The notes: generated by a model not told the origin, from the sequence alone. A DNA stretch of 64,000 nucleotides from Minisyncoccia bacterium (GCA_039809245.1 JBDHUP010000003.1:41069-105068), one strand, 5' to 3'; positions 37,262-47,808 are shown, numbered from the stretch's first letter. Translations and numbers: made by a program.

Positions 37262-38311
37262 CTATTGTACCTCAAGTGGAAATATATTTGAAAGTTCCCC
37301 TGAATAATAGAATTCATAAGCAATGTCACCGAAAACGTAATCTATTCCATTTATATTTATTAGAGTTCCTCCAGCTTGAGGGTCTTCCTTAGGTATAGAG
37401 TAATAGAAACCGAGGTTATACAAAGTTGCTAAAACTTCAGGTCTATCACTTATATCATAGCCAGCTTTTTTCCATTGAGCTTCAATCTCGCGCATATATA
37501 AACCAACATATAGATATGAGTAATATGGATTTTTGGCGTCAGTAATTCTGTCTAATCTCTGTGCTTCAATATCATTTTGATCTGGATAATCAACTATATG
37601 CTCCATATCAGCACCAAGATAATACGGTGAAGACGGATCCTTTAGGTATGTTTCAATAAGTCCAACTGTTTTAGGTTTTAATCCAGCAATGCCGAAAGAT
37701 GTGTTTGATAAGGATGCTAATATTTTAAGTGGCTCAAAATAACTTTTAAATGATTCTCTCCTGTTATTAAAGAATCTAAACTGCTCACCTATAACACCAC
37801 TAAGAATAAGTCTAGGTGATATCTGTGCATCTTCCGCAGCTTTTTTAATTATGTCCTGATCACGAGAGAAAACTTCCTTCATTAAATTCCATTGATCTGT
37901 ATCAGCCCAATTGAAAGCTGTCATTGGCAGATCGAGTGTCTGTGGAGAATTATTATTACAATTATTTAATTCTTTTCTATATTCAAGATTATTCTCAAAT
38001 CTTTTTGAGGCTACTTTTATCATTTGGTTAACTAAGTCTTCACTTGTTCCTCTTGAAAGAGTCCTATATATATTTATAGCGGTTAAGGGTGCATAATTAT
38101 TTAGGACATTTATTTTACAAACTATTGCTAAATCATTAGTCTTGAAACTTTTAGTATTTGATGCGTCTTTTAAGTTAAAGTAAGAGTTGCGTTCCGAAAC
38201 TGAACCTTTAACATTCAACCATCCGAACTTCATCGCAAAATAAACTCCGACAAATATTAGTCCAATAACAGCAAACCCATATAATAAAACGCGAAAAATC
38301 TTTCGTATCAT
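37262..38311 (-). CDS. Membrane-anchored protein with a lysozyme/SLT-like C-terminal domain (tentative)
   Basis: N-terminal TM; I..AA....ISPRLI...I.EQ, SFGIAG, LATLYNLG resemble lysozyme-fold motifs I-III. Confidence 0.5.
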   Translation of the reverse strand: MIRKIFRVLLYGFAVIGLIFVGVYFAMKFGWLNVKGSVSERNSYFNLKDASNTKSFKTNDLAIVCKINVLNNYAPLTAINIYRTLSRGTSEDLVNQMIKVASKRFENNLEYRKELNNCNNNSPQTLDLPMTAFNWADTDQWNLMKEVFSRDQDIIKKAAEDAQISPRLILSGVIGEQFRFFNNRRESFKSYFEPLKILASLSNTSFGIAGLKPKTVGLIETYLKDPSSPYYLGADMEHIVDYPDQNDIEAQRLDRITDAKNPYYSYLYVGLYMREIEAQWKKAGYDISDRPEVLATLYNLGFYYSIPKEDPQAGGTLININGIDYVFGDIAYEFYYSGELSNIFPLEVQ

Positions 38312-38331
38312 AATCTAAAATATTTAAATAA

Positions 38332-39345
38332 TTATCTCTTACTGAGAATAGTCTTCTTATAAGTTTCTAAATGGTTTAGTGCTTCACCCGTACCTTTTAC
38401 AACACAAAGTAATGGTTCATCAGCTACACGAGCTTTCACTCCAGTTCGACGATAGATTAAATCCGCTAAATTTCTTAACTGAGATGATCCACCTGTCATG
38501 ATTATACCATCATCTATTATATCTGACGCGAGTTCTGGAGGTGTAAGAGATAGCACATCCTTCACAGCATTTATCATAGCTCTTAATTCTTTGTCTATCG
38601 CTCTAACTATTTCATTTGTAGATATCTGTGCTGTTCGTGGAAGACCTTGTATGAAATCACGACCCTTAACTGTAATAGTTAACTCTTCTTCCAGAGGAAC
38701 CGCGGCACCGATTTTCATTTTGATAGCTTCGGCTGTTTTATCTCCTATGGCTAAATTAAAAGTTTTCTTTATGTAGTCAGCGACAGCTTGGTCAATCTTA
38801 TCACCCGCACACTTAACAGAAGTCGAAGCAACAATTCCACCAAGTGAGATAACTGCAACATCAGTAGTCCCGCCGCCGATATCCATAATCATATGACCTT
38901 TTGATTCATGAATTGGAATACCTGCACCGATAGCTGCTAGGATTGGCTCCTTCACAACATACGCATTCTTTGCTCCAGCTCGGACCGCCGCTTCAACAAC
39001 AGCACGACGCTCAGTAGAAGTAATTCCTGCTGGCACTGAGACCATTACATCTGGCTTGAATAAATTATACTTACCTAAAGCTTTATTTATGAAGTAGCGT
39101 AACATCGCTTCGGTCACTCTATAGTCTGCAATCACACCGTCTTTCATGGGACGATAGACGATGATACTCTCTGGTGTCTTACCTATCATTTCTTTTGCCT
39201 CAAGACCAATGGCTAGTATAGTGTTGTCTTGCTCAGAAACAGCGACAACAGAAGGTTCATTTAGGATGATCCCTTTGCCAGGTAGATATACCAAAGTATT
39301 TGCCGTACCAAGGTCGATTCCCAATTTTTTAGAAAAAATAGCCAT
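38332..39345 (-). CDS. mreB: Rod-shape determining protein MreB/Mbl
   Basis: GIDLGTANT, EPSVVA, DIGGGTTD, TPPEL..DI, TGG. Confidence 0.97.
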   Translation of the reverse strand: MAIFSKKLGIDLGTANTLVYLPGKGIILNEPSVVAVSEQDNTILAIGLEAKEMIGKTPESIIVYRPMKDGVIADYRVTEAMLRYFINKALGKYNLFKPDVMVSVPAGITSTERRAVVEAAVRAGAKNAYVVKEPILAAIGAGIPIHESKGHMIMDIGGGTTDVAVISLGGIVASTSVKCAGDKIDQAVADYIKKTFNLAIGDKTAEAIKMKIGAAVPLEEELTITVKGRDFIQGLPRTAQISTNEIVRAIDKELRAMINAVKDVLSLTPPELASDIIDDGIIMTGGSSQLRNLADLIYRRTGVKARVADEPLLCVVKGTGEALNHLETYKKTILSKR

Positions 39346-39427
39346 ATATAGGGTTACTATAGCATAAAAAGTAATAAATTAAATATATGCTTATGTCTCA
39401 AATATCATTGTGTGCTAGGATAAAGAT

Positions 39428-41380
39428 ATGTATATCGCTACTGTCATACCCTTAAAAAAAGGTCTCCAGAAAGAATACCTTTCCTATTTTTCACTCAACG
39501 AAATACCTTTAGGGTCTATTGTCACGATTCCTGTAAGATCAAAAAGTATAGATGCAATTGTGATTGGTATGGAAGATGCTCGCACAATGAAATCAGATAT
39601 AAGGAACGCTGAATATCAATTAAAAAAAATCACGAGTGTAAAAGGCTCTTCTCCTTTTACGAAAGAATTTTTCATTGCATGCGAGAGAATGAAAGATTAT
39701 GTTATCAGTAATACTGGGATAGTTATTAAATCTCTACTTTCTCAAGCTTTACTTGAGAGTGTTCCACTTTTAAAGAAACAAAATTCTGTTGAAATAATAA
39801 ATAAAACAGAAAATATTAAACAGGAGAAATTAATTTTTCAGGCTTTCACAGCTGACCGTATTAGCTGGTATCGAACTCTTATAAGAGAAGCTTTCGCTAA
39901 GAAAGAATCTATATTCCTCTGTGTACCAACACGTTATGATATTGAACAATACAAGAATGAACTAATAAAAGGTATTGAACAATACGTGTTTGCTTTTCAT
40001 GGTGATATGACAATGAAATCATTGAGGGAGTCATATAATGAAGCTGTCACTATTCCCCACCCAGTGCTTATTATTGGTACAGGCATGTTCATGTCTATTC
40101 CTAGAGACGATATTAAGACTCTAATCGTCGAACACGAAAGCTCGGATGCCTACAAGCAAATAAGTAAACCATACATAGATATCCGTAGTTTCGCAGAAGT
40201 ATTATCTGGAGTTAAAAACTTAAAGTTAATTTTAGCCGATACCTTGCTTCGCCCCGACACATTATATAGACATGAAATTGGAGAACTTGGAGAAGTGCAC
40301 CCTCCGCTATTTAGACTCCCTCAGATAGAGAGGCAATCAGTCGTAGATATGAGAGACGAAGTAGATGAGAAGAAAATTAAGAAATTTACAGTTCTTTCTA
40401 ATGAAACGAAAGCTATGATTGAGCAAGCTTTATCCGAAGGCGAATCAGTATTCTTATTCTCTGTTCGCAAGGGACTCGCTGGAATAACTGTATGTCATGA
40501 TTGCGGAGATACATTATTATGTCCATCTTGTTCCACTCCTGTAGTCTTATACGGAGCTAAAAAAAGAGATCCGACAGGAACTAAGACCGAGCGAATATTT
40601 ATGTGTAATAAATGTGGCCGAAAAGAAACAACTGAAATACGTTGTTCAAATTGTTCTAGCTGGAACCTTGTCCCACTTGGTATTGGAACAGACAGAGTCT
40701 ATGAAGAAGTTGAAAAGCTCTTCCCTAAGGCAACAATCTTGCAAATAGATAGAGAAGCAACTCCAACAGACAAAGAGGCTCGAAATGTTATAACTCAGTT
40801 TAATAAAACAAAAGGTGCTATATTAATCGGGACAGAAATGGCATTCTCTTATCTACATACTCAAGTCACACACAGTGCTCTCATATCTTTAGACGGATTA
40901 CTATCAATCCCGAGCTTCAATATTAGTCAGAAGGTTCTGCATATAATAGAGAAGCTTCATTATCTGACAGAAAAAAATCTAATTATCCAGACTCGCATTC
41001 CAGATAACCAAATATTACAACATATACTAAGTGGAAATGTTCTACCACTTTATCGTGAAGACTTAAGAGAAAGGAAGCAGTTTAACTATCCGCCATTCAA
41101 AAGATTAATTAAGATTACATTTACAGGTACCGCGAGTGAAACGGAGAAAGCAAGAAACTATCTAGATAAAACTCTGGGCAATTATGATCCGCAAATATTC
41201 TCTGCATTCATAGGTAAAGTCAGGGGTCAATATATTACAAACACAGTTATCCGAATAGATCCGAGATTTTGGCCACTCCCAACAAGCGAGAAACTATCAG
41301 ATTCATCAACATTATCTCAGACTCTTTCTCACCTTCCACCTTCATTTTCTATAAATGTAGATCCAGAGGATTTGTTGTAA
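39428..41380 (+). CDS. priA: Primosomal protein N-prime (PriA; helicase motifs degenerate)
   Basis: N-terminal 3'-DNA binding domain, four CxxC pairs, GIGT.RV.E, IQT, R..FNYPPF; no clear Walker A. Confidence 0.85.
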   Translation: MYIATVIPLKKGLQKEYLSYFSLNEIPLGSIVTIPVRSKSIDAIVIGMEDARTMKSDIRNAEYQLKKITSVKGSSPFTKEFFIACERMKDYVISNTGIVIKSLLSQALLESVPLLKKQNSVEIINKTENIKQEKLIFQAFTADRISWYRTLIREAFAKKESIFLCVPTRYDIEQYKNELIKGIEQYVFAFHGDMTMKSLRESYNEAVTIPHPVLIIGTGMFMSIPRDDIKTLIVEHESSDAYKQISKPYIDIRSFAEVLSGVKNLKLILADTLLRPDTLYRHEIGELGEVHPPLFRLPQIERQSVVDMRDEVDEKKIKKFTVLSNETKAMIEQALSEGESVFLFSVRKGLAGITVCHDCGDTLLCPSCSTPVVLYGAKKRDPTGTKTERIFMCNKCGRKETTEIRCSNCSSWNLVPLGIGTDRVYEEVEKLFPKATILQIDREATPTDKEARNVITQFNKTKGAILIGTEMAFSYLHTQVTHSALISLDGLLSIPSFNISQKVLHIIEKLHYLTEKNLIIQTRIPDNQILQHILSGNVLPLYREDLRERKQFNYPPFKRLIKITFTGTASETEKARNYLDKTLGNYDPQIFSAFIGKVRGQYITNTVIRIDPRFWPLPTSEKLSDSSTLSQTLSHLPPSFSINVDPEDLL

Positions 41381-41427
41381 CAACTTCTTGCTTAGAGGAA
41401 AAGGATATGTTACTATGGGCCCTATAT

Positions 41428-41676
41428 ATGATAACTGTAATCGAGGTTAAGAAAAATACAAACGAGAGCAATATGAACTTGGTTCGTCGTTTTTCACGTA
41501 AAGTTCAGGAATCTGGTATTATTCAGAAAGTTAAGAGTAAGCGTTACAATGAGCGCTCACTATCAAAGCTCAAGACTAAACAGGCAACTCTAAAGAAACT
41601 TGCTCGTCGAAAGGCTCACGCTAAACTTGTAAAGATGGGTAAGGCACAAGTTTTCCTTAAAAGAGGACGTCGTTAA
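41428..41676 (+). CDS. rpsU: 30S ribosomal protein S21-like (start corrected)
   Basis: IEVKK..NE.....RRF..KVQ.SG......R; small and basic. Confidence 0.7.
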   Translation: MITVIEVKKNTNESNMNLVRRFSRKVQESGIIQKVKSKRYNERSLSKLKTKQATLKKLARRKAHAKLVKMGKAQVFLKRGRR

Positions 41677-41684
41677 TCAACTTT

Positions 41685-42068
41685 ATGGCAGACAAAAACT
41701 TCTGCACAATCATAAACAAAACAAAAGGCAAGCTTCCACGCTTGCCTTTTGTTTCTATTAAGGAAAAAATTTTAGGTCCTAAATATGATTTGTCAGTAAG
41801 CTTCCTTAGTAAGACTGAGCAGAGGAAAATAAATAGAACCTACCGCAAGAAAGATAAGACGACTAATGTACTTTCATTTTCGCTTTCAAAGAATTCAGGT
41901 GAGATAACTTTCGACTTAGCTCAAGTTAAAAAAGATGCTCCTCTCTTTGAGATGACTTACTCAAAATTCTTAAAATACCTATTTATCCACGGGTGTTTAC
42001 ATTTGAAAGGTTTCGAACATAGTAGTACAATGGAGAAAGAAGAAAAGAAATTTCTTGCAATGTTCTAG
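41685..42068 (+). CDS. ybeY: rRNA maturation RNase YbeY
   Basis: N.TYR.KDK.TNVLSF, IHG.LHL.G..H. Confidence 0.93.
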   Translation: MADKNFCTIINKTKGKLPRLPFVSIKEKILGPKYDLSVSFLSKTEQRKINRTYRKKDKTTNVLSFSLSKNSGEITFDLAQVKKDAPLFEMTYSKFLKYLFIHGCLHLKGFEHSSTMEKEEKKFLAMF

Positions 42069-42094
42069 CGAGATTACAACCTTCTTTCACCACT

Positions 42095-43270
42095 ATGGCA
42101 AAAAGCAATTACACATGCGGAATCGATATCGGCACACACAATACACGAGTTGTAGTGATGGGCTCAAACAAAGAGAGCAAAGCTCTCGAAGTTCTTGCTG
42201 TCGGTTCTTCTGCAACTTCCGGAATGAGACTTGGTTATATCACAAATACTGATCAAGTTGCTAAATCCATAAAAGAAGCTGTAGGCCAAGCTGAGAAATC
42301 TTTCGGTAGTAAGATAAAGAAAGCTTATGTATCTATTGGTGGTATAAATTTAGGATCAGTAGTCTCTACAGGATCCGTAGTTGTATCTCGTGCTGATCAA
42401 GAGATCACTCACTTGGATATCTCAAAAGCTTTAGCTGATAGTGAGGAGAACTTAGATATATTAAATAAAAAGATAATACATATAATACCTATCTCATATA
42501 AGCTAGATGGCAAGGAACTCCACGCCAGACCAGAAGGTATGAAAGGTATCAAGCTTGAAGTAAAGACATTATTCGTAACTTGCTTAAAGCAAAACATTGA
42601 AGACCTTATTACCGCTTGTGCTCTTGCTGGTATTGAAGTTGAAGATATTATAGCTTCCCCTCTTGCAAGTTCTTCAATACTATTAAATCCGAAACAAAGG
42701 GCGGCAGGCTGCGCCCTTGTCGATATCGGAGCTGAGACTGTATCTATAGCCTGCTTTGAAAATCACCTACTTTTATCACTACAAGTATTCTCAATAGGAA
42801 GTATGGATATAACCAAAGACGTCGCTCTTGGATTTAAGATTGGTCTAGAAGAAGCAGAGAGTATAAAGCTCGGTAGTGTCATAGGTGGAGACTACCCTAA
42901 AAAGAAAATAGATGAAATCATCGAGGCACGCTTAAGTGATATTTTTGAATTAATAGAAAATCATCTAAAGCGTCTTCGTCGTAATGAATTATTACCAGCA
43001 GGTATAATTTTCACCGGTGGTGGATCTTACATAAATAAAATTGAAGACTTAGCTCGCACTTCACTTAAACTTCCTGCACATGTTGGACCTATGGATGGAT
43101 CGATAAGTAGTAAATTTAAAATAAAAGATTCATCATGGTACACAGCTTTCGGACTTGCTATGTCTTTTAGTGATGGATCACAAAATAGTGCTATAGCAAA
43201 CTCACTTGGAGATAATGTGAAAGAGGTAAAAGGATTTTTCAAATCAATTTTGTCTCAACTTTTGCCATAA
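42095..43270 (+). CDS. ftsA: Cell division protein FtsA
   Basis: GIDIGT, P.GM.G..LE, VDIGAET, AE.IK, TGGG; directly upstream of ftsZ. Confidence 0.96.
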   Translation: MAKSNYTCGIDIGTHNTRVVVMGSNKESKALEVLAVGSSATSGMRLGYITNTDQVAKSIKEAVGQAEKSFGSKIKKAYVSIGGINLGSVVSTGSVVVSRADQEITHLDISKALADSEENLDILNKKIIHIIPISYKLDGKELHARPEGMKGIKLEVKTLFVTCLKQNIEDLITACALAGIEVEDIIASPLASSSILLNPKQRAAGCALVDIGAETVSIACFENHLLLSLQVFSIGSMDITKDVALGFKIGLEEAESIKLGSVIGGDYPKKKIDEIIEARLSDIFELIENHLKRLRRNELLPAGIIFTGGGSYINKIEDLARTSLKLPAHVGPMDGSISSKFKIKDSSWYTAFGLAMSFSDGSQNSAIANSLGDNVKEVKGFFKSILSQLLP

Positions 43271-43377
43271 TTTGCAAATTTGTCAAACATTTGCTTTTTG
43301 TTAATTTCTGCTATGATGTACGTACATAGTTCTTAAACTTTTATCATTAACGAAAGACTTCTGTCTATAATATTTAT

Positions 43378-44550
43378 ATGCCAAAAATCAATCCAGACAT
43401 TGAATCATTTGCCCGAATTAAGGTTATCGGAATAGGTGGTTCAGGAAAAAACGCTTTAAATCACATGATCAGCTCCAAGGTTCGTGGGGTTGAGTTTATA
43501 GTTATGAACACTGATACTCAAGATCTTCATAACTCTTTTGCTGAGAAGAAGGTTCACTTGGGTAAGAACCTTACAAAGGGACTAGGTGCAGGAATGAATC
43601 CAGAAATCGGTAAACGTGCCGCTGAAGAAACAAAAGCCGAAATCCAAGATGTTATCAAAGGTGCCGATATGGTTTTCATTGCTTGCGGAATGGGAGGAGG
43701 AACAGGTACAGGTGCTGCACCTATTGTTGCTCAAGCTGCTAAAGAACAAGGTATCCTTACAGTTGCTGTTGTTACAAAGCCATTCTCATTTGAAGGAAAT
43801 CAAAGAATGAAACTTGCTGAAGATGGACTTGCTCTACTTGAACGTGAAGTTGACGCTATTCTTGTTATTCCAAATGACAGACTTATCGTTATCTCTGGTA
43901 AGGAAGTTGGCTTCCGACAAGCTTTCGCAATGTGTGATGAAGTTCTCAAACAAGCCGTTGAAGGTATTTCAGAGCTTATTACTACTCCAGGTATGATCAA
44001 CGTAGACTTCGCTGATATTCGTGCAGTTATGCATGATGCAGGAAGTGCGCTTATGGGTGTAGGAATTGCAGCTGGTGATGGACGCGCAGAAAAAGCAGCA
44101 CTAGGAGCTATAAACTCCCCTCTCTTGGACCTTTCTATATCTGGTGCAAGAGGAGTTCTATTTGCTATATCTGGAGGTGATGACCTTACTATCCATGAAA
44201 TCCAAGAAGCTGCTAAAATCATTACTGAGTCTATAGATAAAGATGCCAAGGTAATATTTGGTACAATTCGTGATGATAAGCTTAAGAAAGGCGAAATGAA
44301 AGTTACAGTTATTGCTACTGGATTCCCTACTGATATGCCAAAGAGATCTTTATTCCAGAGCCAAGCAAAAATTGGTGAACAAACAATTGCTACAGAAAGT
44401 AAAGAAGAAGTAATTCAAGCTGTTAAAGAATCAACTAAAGATACTGCAGGAGATTACGTGAAGAAGTCTGAGAAAGTTGATGATGATCTATTTATAGACG
44501 ATACAGATGATTGGAGCACTGTTCCAGCATTCCTAAGAAGAAAGAAGTAA
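43378..44550 (+). CDS. ftsZ: Cell division protein FtsZ
   Basis: GGGTGTG tubulin motif, NVDFAD, C-terminal VPAFLRR. Confidence 0.99.
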   Translation: MPKINPDIESFARIKVIGIGGSGKNALNHMISSKVRGVEFIVMNTDTQDLHNSFAEKKVHLGKNLTKGLGAGMNPEIGKRAAEETKAEIQDVIKGADMVFIACGMGGGTGTGAAPIVAQAAKEQGILTVAVVTKPFSFEGNQRMKLAEDGLALLEREVDAILVIPNDRLIVISGKEVGFRQAFAMCDEVLKQAVEGISELITTPGMINVDFADIRAVMHDAGSALMGVGIAAGDGRAEKAALGAINSPLLDLSISGARGVLFAISGGDDLTIHEIQEAAKIITESIDKDAKVIFGTIRDDKLKKGEMKVTVIATGFPTDMPKRSLFQSQAKIGEQTIATESKEEVIQAVKESTKDTAGDYVKKSEKVDDDLFIDDTDDWSTVPAFLRRKK

Positions 44551-44586
44551 AATAAAATTCCCCAATATTTGGGGAATTTTATTTTA
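44548..44586 (+). terminator. Terminator after ftsZ
   Basis: taaaataaaattccccaa...ttggggaattttatttta. Confidence 0.72.
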
Positions 44587-44603
44587 TGGTATAGAATAGC
44601 ACT

Positions 44604-45530
44604 ATGTACGATTTGATTATCTTAGGTGGAGGACCAGCAGGAACTGCTGCTGCTGTCTATGCTGCCCGCAAACAACTTAAAACCGCAATTATAACCTCCG
44701 AATTCGGTGGTCAATCTACCGTATCTACTCTTATCTATAACTGGATCGGAACTCCTGAAATCCCAGGAATAGAACTTGGAGAGAATCTGAAGAAACACAC
44801 TCTTTACTATAAAGGACCATATCTTGATGTTATAGAAGGTGAGAAAATAGTAGCTGTAAATAAAGATAATGGAACTATTACAGTGAAAACTGAATCAGGT
44901 AAATCACATACTTCTAGAGCCCTCTTAGTTGCAACCGGTTCAGGTCGCCGTAAATTAGATGCTGTAAATGCAGATAAATTCGAACACAAAGGTATAACCT
45001 ACTGTGCTTCTTGTGATGGGCCACTTTTTGCTGATCAAGATGTACTCGTTATAGGTGGTGGTAACGCTGGTTTTGAGACAGCTGCTCAACTACTAGCCTA
45101 TTGTAAGAGCGTAACAATGGTACACAGAAGTGCTGAATTCCGCGCTGATGAAATAACAGTCAAGAAGATCCAAGAAAACCCTAAGTTCAAAGTTATTACA
45201 AATGCAGATATAACAAGAGTAGATGGTGAGCAGTTTGTAACTTCACTTACTTATAAAGATAAGATAACTGGCGAAGAGCATACTATTCCAACAACTGGTA
45301 TCTTTGTGGAAGTTGGCCAGATTCCGAATACTGACTTTATGAAAGGTGTTGTTGAAATAGATCAATTCAACAAGATAGTAGTAGACCCTATGACTCAAAT
45401 GGCTTCAGTACCTGGTATTTGGGCTGCTGGTGACTGTACAAACGGACGCTACCATCAAAACAACATCGCTGCTGGCGATGCTGTCAAAGCTCTAGAAGAT
45501 ATCTATATTTGGCTTCATAAAAACAAGTAG
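44604..45530 (+). CDS. trxB: Thioredoxin-disulfide reductase (TrxB/AhpF C-terminal type)
   Basis: GGGPAG, ATG, redox CASC, GGGN, AAGD. Confidence 0.88.
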   Translation: MYDLIILGGGPAGTAAAVYAARKQLKTAIITSEFGGQSTVSTLIYNWIGTPEIPGIELGENLKKHTLYYKGPYLDVIEGEKIVAVNKDNGTITVKTESGKSHTSRALLVATGSGRRKLDAVNADKFEHKGITYCASCDGPLFADQDVLVIGGGNAGFETAAQLLAYCKSVTMVHRSAEFRADEITVKKIQENPKFKVITNADITRVDGEQFVTSLTYKDKITGEEHTIPTTGIFVEVGQIPNTDFMKGVVEIDQFNKIVVDPMTQMASVPGIWAAGDCTNGRYHQNNIAAGDAVKALEDIYIWLHKNK

Positions 45531-45559
45531 TTGACATTAGTTTATTAGTTATGTAGAAT
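45531..45559 (+). promoter_or_regulatory. Sigma70-type promoter
   Basis: TTGACA-17nt-TAGAAT. Confidence 0.65.
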
Positions 45560-45598
45560 ATAATCTCATTCTTTTACATAACCAATAAAACTAAACTC

Positions 45599-46099
45599 AT
45601 GAAAAAAGGAAAATCATTTGTCCCCTACCATTATGTAGGAGGAACACCTGCCTTAGGCTTAAACAAATTAATTGCTACTACAGACGGATCTGACCAACGC
45701 ATATGTGAAACTTGTGTAAATCGTTGTTTGATCGGTATCCCGAACATGACTGACTGTTGCAATCAAAACGCAAAAAAGGCTTTTGGTGCCGGTGAAAAAG
45801 TTGTGATGCCTAAGAAACTACACGGCCAACATGTTGGTAATTTCTGCCCTTTCTTTGAAAAAAGCCAATCAGCAAGTTCTATTACAATGAACAGCTATGC
45901 TTCAACGATGACTAACAGTTTGGATGTTCCTGAGGCAGTGATTCAGGAAAAACCAAAAGCTATGTTTATTGCCACAAAAAACGGCCGGTATTATTATCCT
46001 TCTGATTACAAATTACCAGGAAACGTAAACCAGGAGAAAATACGGCGCTTTGATTCCGTAGAAGAAGCTATCAACGCAGGGTATGTGCCAAGATTTTAA
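45599..46099 (+). CDS. Hypothetical protein: Cys-rich N-terminus + Ada-metal-binding-like C-terminal domain
   Basis: CETCVNRC...CC...CPFF; C-terminal F.A.KNG..YY...F.S.EEA..AGY.P. Confidence 0.55.
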   Translation: MKKGKSFVPYHYVGGTPALGLNKLIATTDGSDQRICETCVNRCLIGIPNMTDCCNQNAKKAFGAGEKVVMPKKLHGQHVGNFCPFFEKSQSASSITMNSYASTMTNSLDVPEAVIQEKPKAMFIATKNGRYYYPSDYKLPGNVNQEKIRRFDSVEEAINAGYVPRF

Positions 46100-46124
46100 A
46101 CCCCCCTTTCATGAAAAAATTAAA

Positions 46125-46155
46125 GCCTGAGAATTTTTATTCTCAGGTTCTTTTT
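46125..46155. terminator. Terminator hairpin between convergent genes
   Basis: cctgagaat-tttt-attctcagg followed by T-rich sequence. Confidence 0.6.
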
Positions 46156-46163
46156 TATTTAAT

Positions 46164-46898
46164 TTATAAATTTTCTATAATTTCTAATTGTTCTTTTGTA
46201 TTTACCCCAAGCGCTTCTTTGGGATCTATAGAAATTGAAGCAATTTTTGCTTGTTCAGTAAATGCCATACCCACAAGATCGGTAAGATAGTATTCTTTTT
46301 GCGCATTTTCATTTTTAAGCATATGCAAGTGCTTCCACATCCATTTTGCATCGAAACACATATAAGCTGGGTTAACTTCTTTTATTTCAAGCTCTTCTGG
46401 TGTCGCGTCTTTTACTTCAACGATTTTTGATATTTCCCCATTTTCATCGCGCACAAACTTACCAAAGGCAAGAAACGCAGATCTCCACTCATTAAAATCA
46501 GTAACTGTTGCAGTTGCCATAGTAAGTGTAGCTTTCTCATCAATATGAGTCTTTATAATATTTTTAATAGTATCTGAACTAACTAAAGGATGATCGGCAT
46601 ATAAGACTACCACAAGGTCAGCGTCTTTCGATAAATTCTCTGCACTCATAACAGCATGCCCTGTACCCAGCTGTTCTTCTTGAACTGCGTATGAATATTC
46701 TCCACCTAAAGTTGAACGTACTTGATCACCTTTCTGACCTATAACAATAATAGGATCACTACAAACACTAGATAAGGCTACAGCATTTAGAACATGCGCA
46801 ATAAAAGGTTTACCGTGCAAAGGAGTCAGAGCTTTAGGTAATTCAGATTCCATTCGCTTACCATGACCTGCGGCTAAAATTATTATTTGGGTGTTCAT
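46164..46898 (-). CDS. Sugar-phosphate nucleotidyltransferase (GlmU N-terminal domain only)
   Basis: ILAAG.GKRM.S.LPK, QLGTGHAV, EYYLTD, GVN; no acetyltransferase hexapeptide domain. Confidence 0.85.
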   Translation of the reverse strand: MNTQIIILAAGHGKRMESELPKALTPLHGKPFIAHVLNAVALSSVCSDPIIVIGQKGDQVRSTLGGEYSYAVQEEQLGTGHAVMSAENLSKDADLVVVLYADHPLVSSDTIKNIIKTHIDEKATLTMATATVTDFNEWRSAFLAFGKFVRDENGEISKIVEVKDATPEELEIKEVNPAYMCFDAKWMWKHLHMLKNENAQKEYYLTDLVGMAFTEQAKIASISIDPKEALGVNTKEQLEIIENL

Positions 46899-47020
46899 AA
46901 TGTGTATGCGATAGAGAACTCGGTCACAAGTATTTTTCTGCTGAAAAATCTCGCGACCCCGACTCGGCTCGTCAGCCTCCGTCTTTCAAATCCTCACCCT
47001 GACAAAATTGTCAGGCGCTG

Positions 47021-47093
47021 TGCGCGGTGAGGGATTTGAACCCCCGGCCTTCCCCACGTCAAGGGGACGCTCTACCAACTGAGCTAACCGCGC
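47021..47093 (-). tRNA. tRNA-Val (GAC)
   Basis: Minus strand gcgcggttagctcagttggtagagcg-tcccc-tt-GAC-gt-gggga-aggccgggggttcaaatccctcaccgcgca; CCA not encoded. Confidence 0.95.
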
Positions 47094-47227
47094 TTTAATT
47101 TCATACAGAACAGGAAGATTATAGTATATTTTCAATAAAAAGTATAGAATTTGACACATTTAGACATATGCGTTAGTATAGCTACGAAACTCATTAAATA
47201 AATCGTAAACAAAAAAACTTTAAGCAG

Positions 47228-47584
47228 ATGACAAAATTAACCCCCGAGGAACACTCTAAAATTATAAAAAAGATGGAAGAGCAAAGAGAGGAGTTTTTTA
47301 AAAAATGGCAAGAGAAAAAGAAAAAGTCCTTATTGCAATTGATGAAAGAAGATATCAGTAATATATCCTTCAAGAGTATATTATTAGATTTTTTATCCCC
47401 ATTTAAAAATTTTCTTAAACTGGCAAGCGAGGTCAGCGCTGAGCAAAAGAAAGTTGCTGAGAAAGATAAAGAATATCAAGCTCAACAATTGCAAAGAGAA
47501 ACAAGAGTTATCGAAATAAAACCAGCGAATGAAGAGCAGGTTGACTCAGAAATATCTCTCGAAGGTCAGCTATCTTATGCTTAA
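47228..47584 (+). CDS. Hypothetical charged helical protein
   Basis: 118-aa ORF with upstream TTGACA-17-TAGTAT (47151-47179) and a downstream terminator. Confidence 0.55.
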   Translation: MTKLTPEEHSKIIKKMEEQREEFFKKWQEKKKKSLLQLMKEDISNISFKSILLDFLSPFKNFLKLASEVSAEQKKVAEKDKEYQAQQLQRETRVIEIKPANEEQVDSEISLEGQLSYA

Positions 47585-47607
47585 ATGTAACTTAAAGACA
47601 TTTACAT

Positions 47608-47635
47608 ACACCAAGACTAGATCTTGGTGTTTTTT
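47608..47635. terminator. Terminator hairpin
   Basis: acaccaaga-ctaga-tcttggtgt followed by a T-run. Confidence 0.7.
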
Positions 47636-47642
47636 ATTTTTG

Positions 47643-47714
47643 TGACCCTACCGGGAATCGAACCCGGATTACCGGCTTGAAAAGCCGATGTCCTAACCGT
47701 TAGACGATAGGGCC
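47643..47714 (-). tRNA. tRNA-Glu (TTC)
   Basis: Minus strand ggccctatcgtctaacggttaggaca-tcggc-tt-TTC-aa-gccgg-taatccgggttcgattcccggtagggtca; CCA not encoded. Confidence 0.95.
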
Positions 47715-47808
47715 AACAATGTGAATGAGTATAACATTTATACCCAAAAAATCAACTTTTTGCGTAATTTTAGCCTTATCTTATAAGTATATAATCGAGA
47801 TTTATAAC

